A stretch of DNA of 29,083 bases from positions 1 to 29,083 of the forward strand of contig JBFIHP010000001.1 in NCBI GenBank assembly GCA_041601735.1. The letters are read 5' to 3'. The notes beneath the pieces are model-generated. The model searched no databases and was not told the origin of the DNA. It saw only the letters and a list, made by a program, of their open reading frames with translations. Positions within the stretch are counted from its first letter, which is position 1. Every line of letters begins with the position of its first letter. The translations under genes were made by a program, and so were the position numbers. This document shows positions 7,503 to 14,622 of the stretch, piece after piece. Source of the stretch: Planctomycetota bacterium (GTDB lineage Bacteria; Planctomycetota; GCA-002687715; DRQF01).

Positions 7503-9809
7503 ATGCCGAGGATGCCCTTGCGTGTTCTGTCTTCGCTTCTTGTCGCGGCCGCGCTCGGCGCCGGCTCGTTCGCCCAGGTCTCGATCGTGCCCACCGAGGT
7601 GCAAATGCCGGGGACCCAGGCGCTTGAGGTCGGGACCCCGCAGTCGGTGAGCCACTGCGACAACTGTCACGGCGACTACGACCCGGCGGTCGAGCCGATG
7701 CACAACTGGTCGGGGAGCATGATGGCGCATGCCGGTCGCGACGCGATCTACTGGGCGGCCACCGCCGTGGCTGAGCAGGATTTCCCAGGTGCGGGCGATC
7801 TCTGCATCAGGTGCCACAGTCCGCGGGGCTGGTACGACGGTCACTCGACACCGACCGACGGTTCCGCGCTCGTCGCCTCGGACGGTGAAGGCGTCGAATG
7901 CGACGTCTGTCACACCATGACGAACCCCGACCGCTCCGAGCACCTCGGCACCCAGTTCGCCCCCTTCCTGGCGCACGACGGCGGCACGCCCCCGAAGGGG
8001 CACTACGGCAACGGCCAGCTCGTCCTCTGGGACGGTCAGGCGAAGCTCGGCCCCTACGCCAACGCGACCGCCAATCACCAGACGATGGCGAGTTCCTTCC
8101 ACCGGTCCTCGGAGTTCTGCGGGAGCTGTCACGACGTCTCGAATCCCGTGACCGGTGATCTGGCCCACAACTTCGGCGCCGCGCTCCCGCTGCCCGCCGG
8201 CAGCTACAGCGGCGTTCCGGGAACTCCAGTCGCCACCAAGGCGGCCTTCAACAACCCGCCCTACCGCTACGGCACCTTCGAACGCACCTTCAGCGAGCAC
8301 GTCGCGAGTGCCTTCCCGACGCTGAAGGTGAGCGACTACGGCACACTGCCCGCCGAACTGCAGGCCGGCTCCATCGCGATGGCCCGGAACGCGGCGCTCC
8401 AGGCCAGCAACGGTCAAGGCGTAGACTACGTCAGCGGCACGCGCCACTACAGCTGTCAGACCTGTCACATGCGGGCGGTCTACGGTCAGGGTTGCGACAA
8501 GAACCCGCCGTACCGGACCGATCTCCCGCTGCACGACCTGACCGGCGGCAACACCTGGATGCCGGACGTCCTCGTCTACCTCGACAACATGAACAAGCTC
8601 GTCCTCGGCGGCGGTCTGAACTCCGACCAGCTCGCGGCGCTCGCGGCCGGCAAGCTGCGGGCTCGTCAGATGCTGCAGGATGCGGCCGCGCTCGAGGTCG
8701 CCGGCAACGAGCTCAAGGTGATCAACCTCACCGGGCACAAGCTCATCTCCGGATTCCCGGAGGGTCGGCGGATGTGGTTGAACATCAAGTGGTACGACCA
8801 GGCCGGCACGCTCCTGCGCGAGGACGGCAAGTACGGCTCGATGACCGTGACGATCGACGGCAATCAGGTGCTCGTCGATACGATCCTCGATCTCGCCGGC
8901 ACCAACACGCGCATCTACGAGAGTCACGGTGCGATCACCCGGGAGTGGGCGAACCAGCTCATCGGCCTCGGCGTTCCGGCGAGCCTGCCGGTGAGCTTCG
9001 ATCGCGTCCTCGGTACGGTCAGCTACACGCTCGGCAACGTCGCGGCGCAGGCGCCCGGCACCCATCACGAGTCGCTGCGCGTCGTCCTCCTGAACTCCGT
9101 GGTGAAGGACAATCGCATCCCGCCCTTCGGCTTCCGCCACGACGACGCCCTGCAGCGCAACTGTCTGCCCGTCCCGGCGAACCAGTACGGCGATCCCGGT
9201 CCCGGCGGGGTCTACGATCACTGGGACAGCCTGCAGCTCGCGCCGCCCGCGGGGGCGGCCACGGCGACGATCGATCTGCTCTACCAGGCGACGAGCTGGG
9301 AGTTCGTGCAGTTCCTGCACCTCGCCAACGACGGCTCGATCGCCCACCTCGCGAATGCCGGCGCCGATCTTCTCGATGCCTGGCTCAACACCGGCATGGC
9401 GACGCCGGAGATCATGGCGAGCACGACCTGGACCGCGCCGCCGCCGCCGCGCGAATTCGGCATCGCCGATCTCACTTCCCTCGGTCGCGATGCCCTGGGC
9501 AATCCCGTCGTCCGGAAGACCTTCAACGCCGGCGACGGCGTCGGTCTTCGGGTCCGAGTCGAGGACACGAACGGGGCGCCCGTAGCCGACGTCGCGCTGA
9601 CGATCGAGATCCGCAGCCGCTTCGCAGAGCTGCCGCTCGCGACCCTCACGACGACGAGCGACGCGGCCGGAGAGGCCCTCGTCGTCTGGCGGTCCAAGCA
9701 GGGCATGAGGAGCGGTCGCTATCGCGCCATCATCGCGGCGGCCGTCAGATCCGGCGACTTCTTCCTGGGCGAACTCGGCGTCATGAGTCATGATTTCGAA
9801 TTGCGCTGA
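7503..9809 (+). CDS. Secreted pentaheme c-type cytochrome (c554/c552-like heme region) with C-terminal Ig-like domain
   Basis: Five CxxCH motifs: CDNCH, CIRCH, CDVCH, CGSCH, CQTCH (7656-8468). Signal peptide ending GSFA-Q. A PPPP linker leads to an Ig-like tail (LRVRVEDTNGAPV...TTSDAAGEA). Start 7503 is preferred over 7473 because of the SD. Confidence 0.9.
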   Translation: MPRMPLRVLSSLLVAAALGAGSFAQVSIVPTEVQMPGTQALEVGTPQSVSHCDNCHGDYDPAVEPMHNWSGSMMAHAGRDAIYWAATAVAEQDFPGAGDLCIRCHSPRGWYDGHSTPTDGSALVASDGEGVECDVCHTMTNPDRSEHLGTQFAPFLAHDGGTPPKGHYGNGQLVLWDGQAKLGPYANATANHQTMASSFHRSSEFCGSCHDVSNPVTGDLAHNFGAALPLPAGSYSGVPGTPVATKAAFNNPPYRYGTFERTFSEHVASAFPTLKVSDYGTLPAELQAGSIAMARNAALQASNGQGVDYVSGTRHYSCQTCHMRAVYGQGCDKNPPYRTDLPLHDLTGGNTWMPDVLVYLDNMNKLVLGGGLNSDQLAALAAGKLRARQMLQDAAALEVAGNELKVINLTGHKLISGFPEGRRMWLNIKWYDQAGTLLREDGKYGSMTVTIDGNQVLVDTILDLAGTNTRIYESHGAITREWANQLIGLGVPASLPVSFDRVLGTVSYTLGNVAAQAPGTHHESLRVVLLNSVVKDNRIPPFGFRHDDALQRNCLPVPANQYGDPGPGGVYDHWDSLQLAPPAGAATATIDLLYQATSWEFVQFLHLANDGSIAHLANAGADLLDAWLNTGMATPEIMASTTWTAPPPPREFGIADLTSLGRDALGNPVVRKTFNAGDGVGLRVRVEDTNGAPVADVALTIEIRSRFAELPLATLTTTSDAAGEALVVWRSKQGMRSGRYRAIIAAAVRSGDFFLGELGVMSHDFELR

Positions 9810-9850
9810 CCCGATCGCGAGAGCAGGACCCTGACGGAGAGACAGCTCGC

Positions 9851-10816
9851 ATGACCGATCGCCTGATCCTCGGCCTCCTGGTCCTGCTCCTCGGTAACGT
9901 GTGGAGCTTCGCCCAGGAGCCGGAACCGCCCCTGACCGGACAGGCCCCGGAGCCTTCGCCGCCGCTCGACGTCACCGAGAAGACCCGCAAGGACGAGAAG
10001 GCCCTGGCCCGGCTCGAGCGGCCGGGCAAGATCCTCTTCGAGGACGGCTTCGAGTCGGATGACTCCTACGCCAACTGGTTCGAGATCCGCGGCCGAGAAG
10101 ACGAGCGCGCAAAGATCCTTCGGGACCGGAAGCTCGCGCATTCCGGACGGGGGCTGATCCGCTTCCGGGCGCCGGAGAACGGCGGCAAGGAATCGGGCTC
10201 GGGAGCGAGCGCCTGGCTGGGCGCCGCCGGTCACGAGCGCATCTACTTCCGCCGCTACATCCGCTTCGCCGCCGACTACGACCAGGGCAACCTCAATCAC
10301 ACCGGCGGCGGGCTCGCGGGCGTCGCCACCGACGGCAAGTGGGACGGCATGGGCTCGGCCGGCAAGAGGCCGCGCGGCGACGATCGCTTCAGCTGCGGCT
10401 TCGAACCCTGGCGCGCCTGGGGTCGGGAGGAGTCGCCCGGATACCTGTTCCTCTACACCTACTGGATGGACATGAAGCGCGACCGCGACGGCAACTACTG
10501 GGGCAACATGCTCCAGCCCGACGAGAAGCGGCGCATCGTGCCGCCGCGCGACCGCTGGGTCTGTCTCGAGCAGATGATCGGCGTGAACGAGGTCGGCAAG
10601 GCCGACGGCGAGGTCGCGGCCTGGATCGACGGCGAGCTCTACCTCCACATGACCGGAATCCGCTGGCGCACGAGCGAGAAGCTGAAGGTGAAGCGCTTCG
10701 ACATCGGCATCTACATCCACCGGGCGACGCGCGACAACATCGTCTACTACGACGACGTCGCGGTCTCGACCGGCTACATCGGCCCGAAGAAGGCCGACTC
10801 GAAGTCGAAGCGCTGA
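9851..10816 (+). CDS. Secreted polysaccharide-lyase-like / ConA-type beta-jelly-roll protein
   Basis: Signal peptide ending SFA-Q. FEDGFES, IYFRRYIRF..DYD, PRDRWVCLEQMI..N..GKADGEVAAWIDG and YYDDVAVS are typical of this fold family. Activity is not established. Confidence 0.65.
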   Translation: MTDRLILGLLVLLLGNVWSFAQEPEPPLTGQAPEPSPPLDVTEKTRKDEKALARLERPGKILFEDGFESDDSYANWFEIRGREDERAKILRDRKLAHSGRGLIRFRAPENGGKESGSGASAWLGAAGHERIYFRRYIRFAADYDQGNLNHTGGGLAGVATDGKWDGMGSAGKRPRGDDRFSCGFEPWRAWGREESPGYLFLYTYWMDMKRDRDGNYWGNMLQPDEKRRIVPPRDRWVCLEQMIGVNEVGKADGEVAAWIDGELYLHMTGIRWRTSEKLKVKRFDIGIYIHRATRDNIVYYDDVAVSTGYIGPKKADSKSKR

Positions 10817-10868
10817 GGGGGCAGCTCGATCCGCCGTGGCCGATCGGGCGCGGGGGCGAGCAGAGAAG

Positions 10869-10894
10869 CCCCGGGCCTCGCTCGAGGCCCGGGG
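10869..10894. terminator. Perfect inverted repeat, probable terminator between convergent genes
   Basis: CCCCGGGCCTCG-ct-CGAGGCCCGGGG. On the minus strand it is followed by pyrimidine-rich CTTCTCT. Confidence 0.65.
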
Positions 10895-10930
10895 AGATCC
10901 CACGAGCGCGTCCGCCGCGCCGCGAGGGCG

Positions 10931-12331
10931 CTACCAGGTGGACTGGTGGGTGTGCGAGCCCAGGAGCGTGGTCCACTGGAGCATCACGACCAGGAAGTCG
11001 TCGCCGACGACGTGATCGTCGTACCACCTCGCCTCGAGTCGAAGACGGTTGTTCGCGCTCATGTTCCAGGTCACCCAGGCGCCGATGTCCCAGCTCGACC
11101 CCCCCTCGACCGGGACCTCGAACCAGTCGAAGGCGACGCCCAGGCTCAGCTCGCGATCGAGGTGGTACTCGCCCCAGACATGGAAGCCGAACGAGTCGTC
11201 CGTGAGCACGCCGCCGTCGGCCGGGTCGCCGGATTCCCGCCGGTCGAAGAGGAACTCCCCCTGGAGCACGAAGCCTGAGCCGTCCCCGGCGTCGATCGCC
11301 TGGTAGGTCAGATCGAGGCTGACGACGAGCTTCTCGAGGTCGCGAACGAAATCGGTCGTACCGCCGAGGTCCTCGAACAGCGTCCGTCGTTCCGGCGCCC
11401 AGAGCAGGCTGCCGCCGATCTCGATCAGGTCGTCGCCGCCGAGCTCGATCCGGGTCGCGAGCCTGGCCGTGTAGGCGAAGTTGCCGAGGTCGCGGCGACC
11501 CGGGAGATCCTCGTGATCGTCGCCGTGGTGGTCCTCGAGCGCCAGCGGCCCGGCGATGGCGTGGGCGTCGCCGTCCGGCGAGTTCAGGAAGCCCAGACTC
11601 CAGCGCAGCTGCGCGCCGCGACCGATCTCCGTCACTCGATGCAGCTCGACGCCCGTGCCTCGAAGCGTGCCGCCGAGGAACTCCTGGATGACGCCGGGCT
11701 TGTCCACGAAGGGCAGCTCGTGCTCATGCAGGGGCGATGTCCGGCCGTGATCGACGTTGAAGCGGCCGAACTTGAGGCGGAGGTCGAGCGGCAGGAGATC
11801 ACTCGCCACTCCGTAGGCTTCCTCGAGTTCGACCTCCTCCTCGGTGAAGAAGACCGCGACGTAGTACTCGAGGCCCTGATCGACCTCACCCGCGAAGTCG
11901 ATCTCGACCCCGCGCAGGATCCAGCGATCGTAGCTGTCGAATCCTCCGTCGCCGGTCGAGCCGGCGAAGACGAAGTCGCCGACGACACCGATGGCCGGGG
12001 CCCGCGCCCCGCCTCGGCCCGCCGCGTGATCGTGTCCGTGATGGTCATGGTCGTGACCCTCGTGCACGAGGGCGTCGATGCCCGATTCGAGTTCGTGATG
12101 GGCTTCTTCCGCGAGTCGCCCGACATCGTCTCTGAGGTCGCGGATCTCGGACTCGAGACCGGTGATCCGGGCCTCGTAGGCGCTACGGATCTCGGCGATC
12201 CTGGCCTGGTAGTCCTTCGATATCCGCTCGAGCCTGGCGTCGAGATCATCCTCCTGGCCGAACAGGGGCAGTCCCATGGCGACGAGGAGCAGGACGGGGG
12301 CGACGGCCCCCGGAATCCTTCCGTGGTTCAT
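10931..12331 (-). CDS. His-rich outer-membrane beta-barrel (putative Zn/Ni/Co uptake porin) with N-terminal coiled coil
   Basis: Signal peptide ending LFG-Q, then a coiled coil and HEGHDHDHHGHDH (12026-12064). Family-like motifs LRGVEIDF, ELEEAY, LKFGRF..HG...LHEHELPFVDKP, and C-terminal GSHTHQSTW. Alternating aromatic beta-strands. SD GGAAGG lies 8 nt before the ATG. Confidence 0.8.
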   Translation of the reverse strand: MNHGRIPGAVAPVLLLVAMGLPLFGQEDDLDARLERISKDYQARIAEIRSAYEARITGLESEIRDLRDDVGRLAEEAHHELESGIDALVHEGHDHDHHGHDHAAGRGGARAPAIGVVGDFVFAGSTGDGGFDSYDRWILRGVEIDFAGEVDQGLEYYVAVFFTEEEVELEEAYGVASDLLPLDLRLKFGRFNVDHGRTSPLHEHELPFVDKPGVIQEFLGGTLRGTGVELHRVTEIGRGAQLRWSLGFLNSPDGDAHAIAGPLALEDHHGDDHEDLPGRRDLGNFAYTARLATRIELGGDDLIEIGGSLLWAPERRTLFEDLGGTTDFVRDLEKLVVSLDLTYQAIDAGDGSGFVLQGEFLFDRRESGDPADGGVLTDDSFGFHVWGEYHLDRELSLGVAFDWFEVPVEGGSSWDIGAWVTWNMSANNRLRLEARWYDDHVVGDDFLVVMLQWTTLLGSHTHQSTW

Positions 12332-12442
12332 GATGGCATCCTTCCTGGCTGTTTCGTTTCCGGAACGGACGTCGGGAGGTCCGGCCGCGACCGCAGGGAA
12401 TCCCCCGCGGCCTCGGCTCGGCCCTCCGCCGGTCGTCGTGGG

Positions 12443-12823
12443 TCAGGACAGGTCGGAAGGCGGGGCGCGCGACGGGAGGAGGTGCGGCCTCGGGGTCGGG
12501 GCCGGCTCGCTCGGCAGCTCGGGGCGCGGACAGGCAGGCAGGTCGGAGACGACCAGGGCCGGGCCGTCGAAGTCCGCGGCGAGGCTCGCCCCGATCTGGA
12601 TGCAGACCGGGCAGTCCCGGCCGTCCTCGTCATGGTCCGCCGGGAGATCGTCGGCGCCCTCGTGGCCGTGCTCGGCTCCGGAGCAGGAGTGTCCGAAGTC
12701 GATGGGGCCGTGCTCGGGGCCGTGCACGTGGATGTGCAGCAGCTCGGCCAGGAGGCCGAGGATCACGAGCGCGATCGGGAGCAATCCGGGTCGCGAGAAG
12801 GTGCCGGGGGCGAGCGGGGACAT
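12443..12823 (-). CDS. DUF2946-like leader protein: TM + His-rich + CPVC + Pro-rich + C-terminal RAPP
   Basis: 126 aa: hydrophobic LLPIALVILGLLAELL, 9 His, CPVC motif, ending LLPSRAPPSDLS. It lies directly upstream of an outer-membrane metal transporter gene. Confidence 0.8.
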   Translation of the reverse strand: MSPLAPGTFSRPGLLPIALVILGLLAELLHIHVHGPEHGPIDFGHSCSGAEHGHEGADDLPADHDEDGRDCPVCIQIGASLAADFDGPALVVSDLPACPRPELPSEPAPTPRPHLLPSRAPPSDLS

Positions 12824-12829
12824 GGTCGG

Positions 12830-12835
12830 AACTTA
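12830..12835 (-). promoter_or_regulatory. -10 element TAAGTT; predicts a leaderless mRNA for the RAPP ORF
   Basis: TAAGTT-N6-ATG(12823), with no SD. Confidence 0.5.
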
Positions 12836-12944
12836 GTGGGAGTCGGGACGGCCCGCAAGAGAAGGGCCCGGCTCGCGCGCCGCGTCGAGTCTCGGGGCCG
12901 GGTTCGCGGGGGAGCGCTCGCGGGAGCGCGGGAGCGGCAGCCGA

Positions 12945-13961
12945 TCAGGGCGCTCCCGGGGCGATCTCGAGGACGGCGGCGCCGTCGAGGCGGCCCCGGC
13001 GGAGATCGTCGAGGGCGCGGTTCGCGTCCTCGAGGGCGTAGCGCGCGACCCGGGGGCGAAGGTCGGTCCTCGCCGCCAGATCGAGGACCTCCCGGGCGTC
13101 CGCGCGGGTCAGGTTGGCGACCGAGCGGATCTGGCGCTCCTCCCAGAGGAGGCGATAGGGGAAGCCCGGGATGTCGCTCATGTGGATGCCTCCGCAGACC
13201 ACGATGCCGCCCTTCGCGAGATCCCCGAGGGCCTTCGGCACCAGCTCGCCCACGGGCGCGAAGACGAGCGCGGCATCGAGCTTCAGGGGCGGCTCCTCGG
13301 TCGAGGCGCCGGCCCATGCCGCGCCGAGCGAACGGGCCAGATCCTGCGCCGCCTCGTCTCCTTCGCGGCTGAAGGCGTAGACCTCGCGGCCCTCGGCCAG
13401 CGCCATCTGCGCGACCAGGTGGGCCGCCGCGCCGAAGCCGTAGAGGCCGACACGGCGCGCGCCCTCGCCCGCGAGCCGCAGCGTGCGCCGGCCGATGGCG
13501 CCGGCGCAGAGGAGCGGCGCCGCCTCGACCTCGTCGAGTCCGGGGGGAATGGCCTGACAGAAGTCGGCGCGGGCGATCACATGATCGGCGAAGCCGCCGT
13601 CGACGTCGCAGCCCGTGAAGCGCGCGGCGTCGCAGAGGTTCTCGCGGCCCTCGGCGCAGTAGGAACAGGAGCCGCAGGCCGAGGCCAGCCAGGTGACGCC
13701 GACGCGGGCGCCGACGAGGCCGGCGCCGAGACCGGGGCCGACCTCGCGGATCTCGCCGACGATCTGATGGCCCGGGACGACGGGGTAGCGGGCGCCGGGC
13801 AGGTCGCCGTCCGCGAGGTGGAGGTCGGTCCGGCAGACACCGCAGGCCCGCACCCGGATCAGGATCTCAGCCGTCTTCGGCCGGGGCAGCGGACGCTCCT
13901 CGAGCAGGAGCGGCTCGCCCGGCGCCCTCAGGGCCATCGCTCGCATCATGTTCGCGGTCAT
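12945..13961 (-). CDS. Zinc-dependent alcohol dehydrogenase (MDR superfamily)
   Basis: CGVCRTDLH, GHQIVG, structural Zn motif CGSCSYCAEGRENLC, LLCAG, nucleotide-binding GLYGFGAAA. SD GGAGG, and -10 TAGAAT at 13991-13986. Confidence 0.95.
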   Translation of the reverse strand: MTANMMRAMALRAPGEPLLLEERPLPRPKTAEILIRVRACGVCRTDLHLADGDLPGARYPVVPGHQIVGEIREVGPGLGAGLVGARVGVTWLASACGSCSYCAEGRENLCDAARFTGCDVDGGFADHVIARADFCQAIPPGLDEVEAAPLLCAGAIGRRTLRLAGEGARRVGLYGFGAAAHLVAQMALAEGREVYAFSREGDEAAQDLARSLGAAWAGASTEEPPLKLDAALVFAPVGELVPKALGDLAKGGIVVCGGIHMSDIPGFPYRLLWEERQIRSVANLTRADAREVLDLAARTDLRPRVARYALEDANRALDDLRRGRLDGAAVLEIAPGAP

Positions 13962-14069
13962 GGCGGACCCTCCCTGGCCGGAACGATTCTAAGCGATCGC
14001 CGGGCCCCGGGTCTCGTCGCAGCTCGATTGGCGATCATCTCGATGACCGGCCGGTCCGGTGAGTGATCT

Positions 14070-14078
14070 TGTTAGGCT
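14070..14078 (+). promoter_or_regulatory. Extended -10 element TGTTAGGCT for yaiI
   Basis: TGn-TAGGCT, followed by SD GAGGA (14095-14099) and in-frame TTG at 14107. Confidence 0.5.
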
Positions 14079-14106
14079 CGGTCACCGAAACCCCGAGGAC
14101 CAGCCC

Positions 14107-14574
14107 TTGCTCCACATCTACGTCGATGCCGATGCCTGCCCGGTGAAGCGCGAGATCTACAAGGTCGCCGAACGCTACGAGCTCGACGTCACCCTGGTGA
14201 GCAACACCTGGTTGCAGGTGCCGAGCAGGGAATCCATCAAGCTCGAGCTCGTGTCGCAGGAGCTCGATGCGGCCGACGACTGGATCGCCGAACGGATGCA
14301 GCCCGGCGACATCGTCATCACCAACGACGTGCCGCTGGCCGGGCGCTGCGTGAAGGCGGGCGCGAGCGTGCTCTCGCCGACGGGCAGGACCTTCGACGAG
14401 GAGACCATCGGCCACGACCTCGCGACCCGCGACCTCCTCACCGAGCTGCGCGGCGCCGGCGAGATCACCCGCGGCCCGCCGCCGATGAAGCCCCGCGACC
14501 GCTCGAACTTCCTCCAGGAACTCGACAAGACCATCCAGGGGATCAAGCGCCGGCCGCCCGCCGATCCCTCCTGA
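14107..14574 (+). CDS. yaiI: YaiI/YqxD (UPF0178/DUF188) family protein
   Basis: IYVDADACPVK, DAADDWI, DIVITNDVPLA, RDLLTELR...GPPP motifs. TTG 14107 is preferred over GTG 14059 based on the promoter, the SD and the family N-terminus. Confidence 0.92.
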   Translation: MLHIYVDADACPVKREIYKVAERYELDVTLVSNTWLQVPSRESIKLELVSQELDAADDWIAERMQPGDIVITNDVPLAGRCVKAGASVLSPTGRTFDEETIGHDLATRDLLTELRGAGEITRGPPPMKPRDRSNFLQELDKTIQGIKRRPPADPS

Positions 14575-14622
14575 GGCGCTCCCGCTCCGGGTCCCGGCCG
14601 GCGGCTCCGCGGTCCTCGGACC

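Noticed and set aside
2320-14020. 14-bp inverted match GCGACGAGACCCGG (2320-2333) vs CCGGGTCTCGTCGC (14007-14020) as a REP-like repeat
   Set aside because: Only two copies, and matches of this length are expected by chance in GC-rich DNA of this size.
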